Below, piece after piece: positions 1-8,600 of a stretch of DNA of 29,176 nucleotides. This stretch comes from an uncultured Planctomycetaceae bacterium (lineage in GTDB: Bacteria; Planctomycetota; Planctomycetia; Planctomycetales; Planctomycetaceae). The stretch covers positions 186,001-215,176 of the forward strand of contig CAXBME010000013.1 of the NCBI GenBank assembly GCA_963976765.1. The letters are read 5' to 3'. The notes beneath the pieces are model-generated. The model did no database searches and was not told where the DNA came from. It saw nothing but the letters and a program-made list of their open reading frames with translations. Both the position numbers and the translations under genes were made by a program. Each line of letters opens with the position of its first letter. The first letter of the stretch is position 1.

Positions 1-46
1 AATTTCTGATCAGCAGTCAATCAGTTCCAGTCTACAATTACTGGAT

Positions 47-3000
47 TTACTCGTCGGATGCCGGTGGCCCCAGTTTCAGCCGGCTCTGCGGAAGCAGCTT
101 GACCTTAATGGTGACAGATTCGGCTTTGCCTCCCCGCACAAACCACTCGGGGAATGTTCCGTCGGAGATGTGGGAGTAGTCGGGTTCCAGGAACTCGCGA
201 CTGTTTTTCTTGAACGGAACTCGTGGTGGCACCGCTCCGTGCAGGTTGAGCTGATAATTGACCGGCTCCAGGCACTCGAATGAGAACCGGCCATCGTCGT
301 CCGTTTTTCCCCAGACGGCGTCTCGAAATTCGGCATTTTTTGAGGGCGACGGAAACAGGAAGAAGCCAGCTCCGGCAAGGCCGCGACCGGTCGCTTCATC
401 CACCAGTCGGCCCGCTGCTGACACGCCTCGTTTCACGACGACCTTGTCTGGAAGTGCTGACCAGTCGAGCATCAGCTTCTGGCCGCGAAACTGCCCGACG
501 GCTTCGATCTGAAACGTGGTCTCACCAGGGATCGAATCAGTCACGTGTTGAAAGACAACCTGTCCGTCTTTATTGACGCCCCAGCCCGTCGAGCGACTGA
601 AGCCGAGGCCGGGATTAAACCAGCCGCCGACTTTCGCGCCGATGGCCGGCTGTCCTGTTTCGTCGAGCAGTTGCAGCGTGTGCGTTCGCCCCTCGTCGAA
701 CTGGAAGTCGAGCTTGCTGATCGGCTCGGCGGCGCTCAGTGAGAACGTGTTGCTGACGATCGCCGCGACGCTGCCCGGACGCTTGTCCGTAATCAGTACT
801 TTGAATTCCTGATCGAACGGAACGCCGGTCAGAACGAATTCGCCGGGTGAGTCTTGAGAATCAACGCTTTCGCTCGCGCCCTTGTACTTCGACTTGCGAT
901 CGACCGGTCGCAGATCGATGCCGAACTGTCGCGCCAGACTGCCGTCCGCCAGTCGGATGACTCCACGAACAGCACCGCCAGTGAGCATTGGAACGTCGAT
1001 CTGAAACGGTCCGTCTCCCGCTTCGACATCAACTGCGGAACGACCGATGACCGAGTACCCGGTGTAACTGCGACTGGTCCAGTGAATCTGCGTCGGCACT
1101 TCAACATCGAACTCGACTCGCGAATCAACGATGTCGATTTCCGCACTTGAGTAGGAGTCAGGTTGCTCGCGTGTCAGATAACCGGCTCGGAATTTTCCGG
1201 TGAGCGGTACACCTGGGACGATTCCTGTCAAATTCAGAATGACGCTCCGTTTCGGGCCCTGTGGTTCGGGTAGTTTCACGACACGCGGCGCGGGTGCCGG
1301 CTGTGGTTTTGGTGGCTGACTGAGATCGATGACCAGATCGTCGATCGACTCAGTCAGTTCGTACTGAGTGTGGCGACCGCGAATACTCAACGTGAGCGAT
1401 CCGGCTGAGAGTCCTTCCAGTCGAAAATGTCCGGCTCCGTCCCGCTCTTCGACATTGGCCCGACGGAACCAGCCGCGATTGTTCGGTCGGTACTGGATGT
1501 AATGCTGTTTCGCTTTGGCATCTCTGCGCACACCCGAGAGATCGCCGATGATGCGACCGGTCACGGTGATCGCCGGCGCGATCTGCAATGTTCGTTCGGG
1601 CTGGCTGACATCAATGTCGGTCAGCTCGGCCTCGCCATAGCCGGGTGTCTGAAACAGCAGTTCGTAGCGAGTGTCGTCGGCCAGCGAGTCCAGAACCAAT
1701 CGCCCGTCCTTGTCAGATGGACCATACGCGTGCAGCGGAGCCGACTTCGCTTCGTACTCATCCGGGTCTGACTGATGAGGCGGTGGGTTGAGCATGCCGA
1801 ACGAGTGACCGTCACGTGTGAAATGCTCGCTCGTTACGAAGGCCCGAACTCCGGAAACCGGGCGATCGTCAACGCTCGACGTCACGATAATTGTGACGGG
1901 AGTCGCCTGCTTCAGGACAACCTCTGTCGACTGATCTTTCTGCAGTCTCAAGTCGAACTGCGACTTCTGATAACCGGCAGCGCGAATCGCCGCCCGCCAT
2001 GTGAGGTCCGACGTGCTGAGCGGAATTGTGGTCCTGCCATCGGCGTTTGTTCGAATAAGCGACGGATTCAGGTTAGCCGTACTCTGACCGGTGACAGCCA
2101 CAAAGTTTCCACTCACAAACGCGTTCGAGATCGGCTCGCCGTCTGAGTTCAACACGCGGAGCTGTCCCGGAAATCCGGGCTGCAGAATGATTTCGACGTT
2201 CTCGATCTTCTGTCCCGATTGAACTTCAAACGGACCGGCTGCGGCTGGCGCGTAGAGCTTTGTGGCTTCAGAATCCCGCGGCAGTCCAATGTTCAAACTG
2301 ACGAGTGCCGTGTCGCCGCGAACGCTCGCCTGACCGCGAGTCTGACCCGAGAAACGAAACTCGTTTGCCGCTTCTTCGAGCGTTCCAAACTGCTCGGCCC
2401 CTGAATAACTGTCGCCGCTCAGCGTTCCAAAAACGGTCAGCCCTTTTGGCAGAGGCTGTCCGTCAGCGCTTCGAACCGTTCCGGTCACCGTGACCGCTTC
2501 CGGAAACGCTTCGCCTGGTTTCGACTGATTCGGCCCGATTGTTGGCGCAACCCCTTCGCTGCGAGCCAGCTCGCCCTTCGCCGCGATCAGCTTTTCGATT
2601 TTCTCGACCCGCTCTTTGGGTGAGAGTGCCCGCTGCACGATCTGGGCAGTCACGCCAGCGCCTTCGAACAGCCCGAACCCGACCAGTCCGTACGCCGCGA
2701 TGATTCCCAGCAGCGTGTACCACGGAACTCGAACATGCGGTCTCTGATCCGGAGTCACGATGCGACGTACTCGGTCGAACAGCGGAGTTGGCGATTTAGA
2801 TGGATCATCGCCACCGAATGACTGAACTCCGGCGGCGAGAGCAAAGTTTCCTGCGGGGCCGGGCTCGAGCGACTCGGTCAGGCGATCGACGATAGCGAGC
2901 AAAGTTCGAGCGACAGGAATGGCTGAGCTCGTCGCGGCAACGGCGATCGCATCGCAGCATGCTTCCCGTTCGATGCGAATCTGGCGACTCAGCCACCACA

Positions 3001-3883
3001 CGGCCGGATTGAAGAACAGGAGCGATTCAACGAGCAACTGCCCCAGGTTGACGAGAAAATCAAAACGTTTCGCGTGTGCCAGTTCATGCGCGATCACGAT
3101 CCTTAGTTGGTCGATCGGGACTCCTGTCAGCATGGCAGGAGGCATCAGCAGCGTTGGCCAGAAAGTTCCGACGATGCCTGGCACTGACACTTTTTCACTG
3201 ACAAGCAGCGAAACCGGCCAACGCAGATTCATTCTCTGCGAAAGTTCGCCGATGACCTCACGCAACTGATTGAGAACTGAGTTGTCAGTCAACGCGATGG
3301 ACGGTTGCAGCTTTCTCAATTCAACGATGACTCGCACAAGTCGAAACAACATTGCCAGCACGCCGCATCCCCAGACTCCGGCAACGATCGCAGGCCAGAC
3401 CGATGCTGATTGTTTGGCAGGCGGGCTTGAGCTGAGCGGGACATCATTCGAGTCAGTAAATGTGTCCTGGGTCGCAATGCCTGCATTCTCAACTTGAGAC
3501 GCAACGGGGATCTGGGAGTGAGATTCGGATTGCGCGAAGTGTCCATCGTGAACTGCATCGTCATGGTTCGCCGACTGACTCTGCGGACTCTCAACAGGAA
3601 CATTCGTAGTCTGAACCTGATGGGGAGCATCTTGATGGACCGGAGAATTGGTGTTTGGTGACAATTCTGCTTCGCCCGAAACGGTTGCCGCCGTCAGCAG
3701 ACTGGAAAGTACAACGACCAGAAGGCTGCCGCCTGCAACCGCGTATCGCACTTCAGCCTTTCGAGCCGACAGCGAGCGAAGCACGAGCCAGCACAAGACG
3801 GCGACAACGCTCGCCTGCCACAATGAATGGGCGAGCGTTTGAATCAGAGTGTGACAGTGATCAATGGAAACGGCGTCGAGCAT
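47..3883 (-). CDS. M56 family (BlaR1/MecR1-like) membrane zinc metalloprotease with long C-terminal array of carboxypeptidase-regulatory-like beta-sandwich domains
   Basis: N-terminal TLAHSLWQ TM segment and HELAH zincin motif (about 3074-3088), followed by LLFFNPAVWW and EREACCD, typical of M56. Repeated G-x-V-x-x-x-DG-x-P motifs in the C-terminal ~820 aa. Start moved from the ORF-track TTG 3925 to ATG 3883 (GGAG 7 nt upstream). Directly downstream of a BlaI gene. Confidence 0.9.
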   Translation of the reverse strand: MLDAVSIDHCHTLIQTLAHSLWQASVVAVLCWLVLRSLSARKAEVRYAVAGGSLLVVVLSSLLTAATVSGEAELSPNTNSPVHQDAPHQVQTTNVPVESPQSQSANHDDAVHDGHFAQSESHSQIPVASQVENAGIATQDTFTDSNDVPLSSSPPAKQSASVWPAIVAGVWGCGVLAMLFRLVRVIVELRKLQPSIALTDNSVLNQLREVIGELSQRMNLRWPVSLLVSEKVSVPGIVGTFWPTLLMPPAMLTGVPIDQLRIVIAHELAHAKRFDFLVNLGQLLVESLLFFNPAVWWLSRQIRIEREACCDAIAVAATSSAIPVARTLLAIVDRLTESLEPGPAGNFALAAGVQSFGGDDPSKSPTPLFDRVRRIVTPDQRPHVRVPWYTLLGIIAAYGLVGFGLFEGAGVTAQIVQRALSPKERVEKIEKLIAAKGELARSEGVAPTIGPNQSKPGEAFPEAVTVTGTVRSADGQPLPKGLTVFGTLSGDSYSGAEQFGTLEEAANEFRFSGQTRGQASVRGDTALVSLNIGLPRDSEATKLYAPAAAGPFEVQSGQKIENVEIILQPGFPGQLRVLNSDGEPISNAFVSGNFVAVTGQSTANLNPSLIRTNADGRTTIPLSTSDLTWRAAIRAAGYQKSQFDLRLQKDQSTEVVLKQATPVTIIVTSSVDDRPVSGVRAFVTSEHFTRDGHSFGMLNPPPHQSDPDEYEAKSAPLHAYGPSDKDGRLVLDSLADDTRYELLFQTPGYGEAELTDIDVSQPERTLQIAPAITVTGRIIGDLSGVRRDAKAKQHYIQYRPNNRGWFRRANVEERDGAGHFRLEGLSAGSLTLSIRGRHTQYELTESIDDLVIDLSQPPKPQPAPAPRVVKLPEPQGPKRSVILNLTGIVPGVPLTGKFRAGYLTREQPDSYSSAEIDIVDSRVEFDVEVPTQIHWTSRSYTGYSVIGRSAVDVEAGDGPFQIDVPMLTGGAVRGVIRLADGSLARQFGIDLRPVDRKSKYKGASESVDSQDSPGEFVLTGVPFDQEFKVLITDKRPGSVAAIVSNTFSLSAAEPISKLDFQFDEGRTHTLQLLDETGQPAIGAKVGGWFNPGLGFSRSTGWGVNKDGQVVFQHVTDSIPGETTFQIEAVGQFRGQKLMLDWSALPDKVVVKRGVSAAGRLVDEATGRGLAGAGFFLFPSPSKNAEFRDAVWGKTDDDGRFSFECLEPVNYQLNLHGAVPPRVPFKKNSREFLEPDYSHISDGTFPEWFVRGGKAESVTIKVKLLPQSRLKLGPPASDE

Positions 3884-3946
3884 GCGTTGACTCCGTGAAA
3901 TGTCATTAGAGAATCGATCGTGCAATCAACGATTGCTGTTGAAAAC

Positions 3947-4014
3947 GTGTGCCAGAGTTCTTGTCAGTTTGTTCCTCGAATGTCGATTCACACTGGCAGA
4001 GCCAGGTGGCACAC
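3947..4014. repeat. Degenerate inverted pair of short palindromic (REP/REPIN-like) elements between blaI and the M56 gene
   Basis: GTGTGCCAGAGTTCTTGTCAGTT (3947-3969) is an imperfect reverse complement of CACTGGCAGAGCCAGGTGGCACAC (3991-4014). The right copy contains an internal CTGGC/GCCAG palindrome. Confidence 0.5.
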
Positions 4015-4039
4015 ACTCGTCAAAGCTATTTGACGAAAG

Positions 4040-4456
4040 TCAGGATTTCCGGCGAGACCTCTTGTCGGGCAGCTTACTTTCAAACTCGTCCAGGAACTGT
4101 CGAATCGCGTCAACGTCCTCAGCGGCAGCGTTGCTGCCTGAAAGTAACTGCTGCACAGCGAGCGCCGGGTCACCAGCAAAAATGCGACTGACCAGGCTCT
4201 TCATCATAGGCCCGGCGATCTGCTCGCGCGATTTCTTCGGCGTATAGACATTCGCGGGGCCGTTCTTCTGCCGCTTTGCCGACAGCAGTCCCTTCTTCTG
4301 CATGACCTGCATGACGGACAGGACCGACGTGTATGCTCGCGGCTTGCCGTCCGGCAGCCGGTCCATGACTTCTCGAACCGTCAAAGGTCCGTGTTCCCAG
4401 AGTACCCCCAGAACCTGAAGCTCAAACTCGGCCGGTTGATATTTTTCATTCTTCAT
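4040..4456 (-). CDS. BlaI/MecI/CopY family winged-helix transcriptional repressor
   Basis: 138 aa. ELQVLGVLWEHGPLTVREV...AYTSVLSVMQVMQKKG...YTP pattern and a C-terminal dimerisation helix (F-x-G...L...L...IRQFL). Upstream of an M56 protease. Confidence 0.93.
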   Translation of the reverse strand: MKNEKYQPAEFELQVLGVLWEHGPLTVREVMDRLPDGKPRAYTSVLSVMQVMQKKGLLSAKRQKNGPANVYTPKKSREQIAGPMMKSLVSRIFAGDPALAVQQLLSGSNAAAEDVDAIRQFLDEFESKLPDKRSRRKS

Positions 4457-4465
4457 GACGATTCC

Positions 4466-4514
4466 TACTGTTTAAACAGTATTAAAGTCGGCAGAGTATA
4501 CTGTTTCAGCAGTA
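4466..4514. promoter_or_regulatory. Two 16-bp operator palindromes (TACTG-N6-CAGTA) upstream of blaI, overlapping a probable -10 box
   Basis: Perfect palindrome TACTGTTTAAACAGTA at 4466-4481 and near copy TACTGTTTCAGCAGTA at 4499-4514, 33 bp apart. TATACT on the minus strand at 4500-4495. BlaI-family repressors are known to autoregulate through paired dyads. Confidence 0.8.
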
Positions 4515-4601
4515 CGTCAAGAACAGTTATGCTGGTGGTTCCAGAAAACTGCTTTTGAGCCAGTCTGGAAAACGGAGACACATGATGCCGACAGAGAGCG
4601 A

Positions 4602-5492
4602 TTATTTCGGAGCTTTTTCCTGAAACGCTGTCTGTGATGTCGTCCGCTGTCGAGTTCGCTGGCAAACTCGGCAGAAGAATGTTGATCGTTGTCCCTGCAC
4701 GATTCGGACGATTGTTCCGCGTTCACATGTCAGGCAGGCTTGTCCCTCGCGATCGTAGACGCGGTGAGCGTTCTGGTAGCCGCCGGATTTGTTGAGAGCG
4801 TTGCGGTACGTTCCGTCGCTTAAGGTCGAGCCTTCGTACCGGATCGCCGTATTCAGAATCTCGATCGTCGCGGCTGCCATCCGCCGAATCTGAGCCGGGC
4901 TCAAATCGCAGGCCCGGCTTTCGGGCGAGATTCGCGATTGATGAAGAATTTCGCTGGCGTACAGATTCCCGATGCCCGACACCTTCTTCTGATCGAGCAA
5001 TGCGACCTTGATGACGCTCGTTGTGCGGGAACAGAACTCTCGCCACTCCGCTTCCGAAATCTCCAGCGCATCCGGTCCGAGTCTTGTCGGTCCGAGAACT
5101 TCCGCTCGCTGCTCCGGATCCAGCAGACGAATTGTGCCGAGGCCTCGGCGGTCCCAGAACCAAAGCCGCGTCGTTGCTCCGTGACCTTTAAGTCGCCATT
5201 CGACACGCAGGTGAGCTTCGCTGGGAGGCTCGTCAAGCAGCATCAACCCCGTCATGCGAGGCTCGATCACAAACGCATCACCACTTCCGAGTTCCATCAG
5301 CACGCGCTTGGCTCGCCGTCGTACTGAAACGATTTTTTCACCACGGACACGCAGATCGATTTCGACGAGCGACGGTTCAATCAGCATCGGTCGGCACTCG
5401 CACGGGCAGGCACGAACCGAGACGATCTTCCGCCCTTCCACAGAAGAGCGAATGCCGCGAACCATCGTTTCAACTTCCGGAAGTTCAGGCAT
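4602..5492 (-). CDS. mutM: Formamidopyrimidine-DNA glycosylase / AP lyase (Fpg/MutM)
   Basis: True start at ATG 5492 gives the catalytic N-terminal PELPEVET. Also LGPDAL, the H2TH motif LLDQKKVSGIGNLYASEIL, and a C-terminal zinc finger CLTC...RSTFFCRVCQ. 296 aa. Confidence 0.95.
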   Translation of the reverse strand: MPELPEVETMVRGIRSSVEGRKIVSVRACPCECRPMLIEPSLVEIDLRVRGEKIVSVRRRAKRVLMELGSGDAFVIEPRMTGLMLLDEPPSEAHLRVEWRLKGHGATTRLWFWDRRGLGTIRLLDPEQRAEVLGPTRLGPDALEISEAEWREFCSRTTSVIKVALLDQKKVSGIGNLYASEILHQSRISPESRACDLSPAQIRRMAAATIEILNTAIRYEGSTLSDGTYRNALNKSGGYQNAHRVYDREGQACLTCERGTIVRIVQGQRSTFFCRVCQRTRQRTTSQTAFQEKAPK

Positions 5493-5558
5493 CGTTCTGG
5501 TCGCGCTCGATTCTTCAATCTGCGAGCACGTTTTCCTCAGTGATAGTAATTTGAAAAA

Positions 5559-5630
5559 AGCCACGAATGGACACGGGTGAGAAGGATGTTTCGAGGAGAC
5601 ATTCGCGTTTATCCGTGCCCATCCGTGGCT
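5559..5630. repeat. Long imperfect hairpin built from ~9-nt periodic units, in the uvrA-mutM gap
   Basis: AGCCACGAATGGACACGGGTGA (5559-5580) vs reverse complement of 5609-5630 (AGCCACGGATGGGCACGGATAA): 18/22 identical. An inner GGATGTTTC/GAGACATTC stem is also present. Confidence 0.7.
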
Positions 5631-5665
5631 GACAATTTCAGAAACTTCGTCAGGCAGAGCCTGGC

Positions 5666-8600
5666 CTACAGGCACTTTTTGAGAAAGTCACGCAGTTTTG
5701 CTGACTTCACCTGAGACAGCTTGTCGAAGCGTAATCGGATGGCTGGTTTTCCGTTCTTTGCCTGGACGGCTTCGTGCTCGGTGGCCAGCGTCGCAACGCT
5801 GCCGATTCCGACGGACTCGTCGTCAGGAGTGATGACAAGGTCGATGCCGACTCGCCGCTTTGTGCAGATGACGGCCCAGTCGTCTTTGCTGCCAGGTTTG
5901 CGATAACGGACGTAGGCTCGTTCGTTCCAGATGACGTTTCCGTCGGGAATGACCTTGTCGAAAGCTTCGAGCAGCGTTTCCAGGACTTCTTTCTTCCACT
6001 TCGGACGCTTCTCGGCGGGGAATCCTTTCTGCATCAAATGCCATTTTCGACCGAGCACTTTCCACGGGGCGACGTCTTTGACATCGGTCGACGTGGCTTC
6101 GACGCGTTCGATATACGAAGCACGAGCTGCAGACAGGAACTCTCGAAATTCCGGCGTGTCGATTTCGCTTTTCCAATGCACCGTGATCAGAATTTCCTGA
6201 TAGCCGGCGGGTTTGTTTTTGACGCGAACTCTGTCCGAACGACCGTAGATGGGCAGCTCGTTAATGTCGTCGACATTTCGCAGATTGAGGCTCGCGGCCA
6301 GTTCGTCCTGGTCGAAGCAGTCGCGTTGAACTCGAAAGTAAAGTTTCAACAACCATTCGTCACGCGTCAGCGCGTGCATGAACCAGCCGCGTCGTTTGTC
6401 GTCGCCGGTGATTTCGACGGTTGAAGAATCGTTCCAGATCGTTTTGAGACTGAGGGCAGAAGGCTGAAGGCTGGACGAGCCAGAGTTCGCCTCATCCGTG
6501 TCAGCCTGCTGTGCTTTTAATAAGTCGGCACCACTCATCAGGGCGGCAGACGCGGCTTTCGTTTTCTTTCGGGGGGGCTTCTTTTTTGTGGCCGGCTTTG
6601 GTGCTGTTTCAGGCGAATCGGCGGTGAGCTGTTCGACGATCATGTCCAGCGCGTCGCCTTCCCACCGGCACGGTTTTCCGGAATGGGCGATGCGATCGCG
6701 AGTGTGCCATTTCCGACCGTCGACTTCCCACGGCATTTTCGCGTCTTTGCCGACCTGAGCCATCGTCACGTCGCCGTCGCGTTTCTTTCCTTCCGCAGCG
6801 GCGTCGAAGATTTCACGAGTGCCGCGACGGCCTTTCGCGAGAACGCTGACAAGCTGCTCGGCAGTGTGCGACCTTCTTTCTTTGGTGCCGCTCCCTGGCT
6901 CTCGCCCTTTAGCCCTTAGCTCGTCCACCAGATCTTCAGGCGTCCCTTCCGCAACGATCCACCCTCCGCCAATGCCCGCTTCCGGACCAAGGTCCACGAT
7001 CCAGTCGGCCGTTTTGATCACGTCGAGATTATGCTCGATGACGACCACTGTATTGCCGGCTTCGACCAGGCTGTTGAGCACTTTCAGCAGCTTGTCGATG
7101 TCGTCGAAATGGAGCCCCGTTGTCGGCTCATCGAGAATATAAACGGTCTTGCCGGTGTTTGGTCGTGCGAGTTCGGCGGCCAGTTTCACTCGCTGGGCTT
7201 CGCCGCCGGACAGCGTTGTCGCCGATTGGCCGAGCGTCAGATAGTCCAGCCCGATCGCGCACAGCGTCGACATTGTCTTGCGAATTTTTGGAATGTTTTC
7301 GAAGAGTTCCAGACACTGTCCAATCGACAGATTCAGCACGTCGGCGATCGAGTGGCCTCGATACTTCACCGACAAGGTTTCGCGGTTGTAACGAGCGCCG
7401 CGACACTCGTCACATTCCACCCAGACATCGGGCAGAAAGTGCATCTCGATCTTTTTCTGACCGTCGCCTTCGCAGGCGTCACAGCGTCCGCCCGGTCGGT
7501 TGAAGCTGAATCGTCCCGGTCGATAGCCGCGAACTTTCGAATCCGGCAGTCGACAGAACAGCTCACGAATCTGGTCGAACACGCCGGTGTAAGTTCCGGG
7601 ATTGGACTTCGGCGTGCTGCCGAGCGGTGCCTGATCGACGACGATTGCCTTGTTGACCAGGCCGAGACCGTTCAGTTTGTCGTACGGTCCCGGTTGCTCG
7701 TTCGCTCGATGAAAATGTTTGACCAAAGCTTTCGCCAGCGTGTCTTCGATCAGTGAACTTTTTCCGGATCCGGAAACTCCGGTGACGACCGTAAACGTGC
7801 CGAGTGGAATCCGCAGATCGACATCCCGCAGGTTGTTGAGCCGTGCGCCGAGCAGTTCCAGCCAGCCGCCGCCGGGAGGGGGGAGATGGAGCGAGGGAGA
7901 GTTGGGGTGAGAGGGAGACGATGATTTATTTTTTCCTCGATTCTCATTCTCTCCGTCTCTCGTTCTCTCCGTCTTCGAAGCCATTCGCCGCGTTTCCGGA
8001 ATCAGAATCTGCCGCTTGTCGCCGAGGTATTCTCCGGTAAGTGATTTCTTTCGCGAGGCCAGTTGTTTCGGAGTGCCTTCCTCAGTGATCGTTCCGCCAA
8101 ACCGACCAGCTCCAGGACCAAAGTCGAAAACCCGATCGGCGGAGGCGATGACTTCCCGATCATGCTCGACAAGGATCATTGTGTTGCCGAGGTCTCGCAG
8201 ACGGTGCAGAGCGGTGAGCAGTCTGGCGTTATCACGAGGGTGCAGACCGATGGTCGGCTCGTCGAGAACGTACAGCACGCCGGTCAACGCCCGGCCGATC
8301 TGACCGGCCAGCCGAATGCGCTGCGTCTCGCCGCCCGACAATGTCGGCAACGTTCGTTGAAGCGTCAGATAGTCCAGCCCGACGTCAACCAGAAACGACA
8401 TTCGACCGCGAGCTTCTTCCAGCAGGTCACCTGCGACTCGTTTGTCGTCACCGGTCAATCGAATCTTCTGCAGGAAGTCCAGAGCCAGCCCGAGCGGTGT
8501 CTCGCAAACCTGCTGAAGCGTCTTGCCCTGAAACCGCATGTTCGCGGCATCGTCGCGGGTTCGACTTCCGTCGCAGCTTGAACACGGAATCTCGCCGACC

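Noticed and set aside
4495..4520. TTGACG as the -35 box for blaI
   Set aside because: Only 14 nt from TATACT, too short for a standard sigma70 spacing. The -35 is left unassigned.
5493..5675. 61-aa N-terminal extension of MutM in the ORF track
   Set aside because: Fpg needs an N-terminal Pro as nucleophile. The extension simply reads through the intergenic hairpin.
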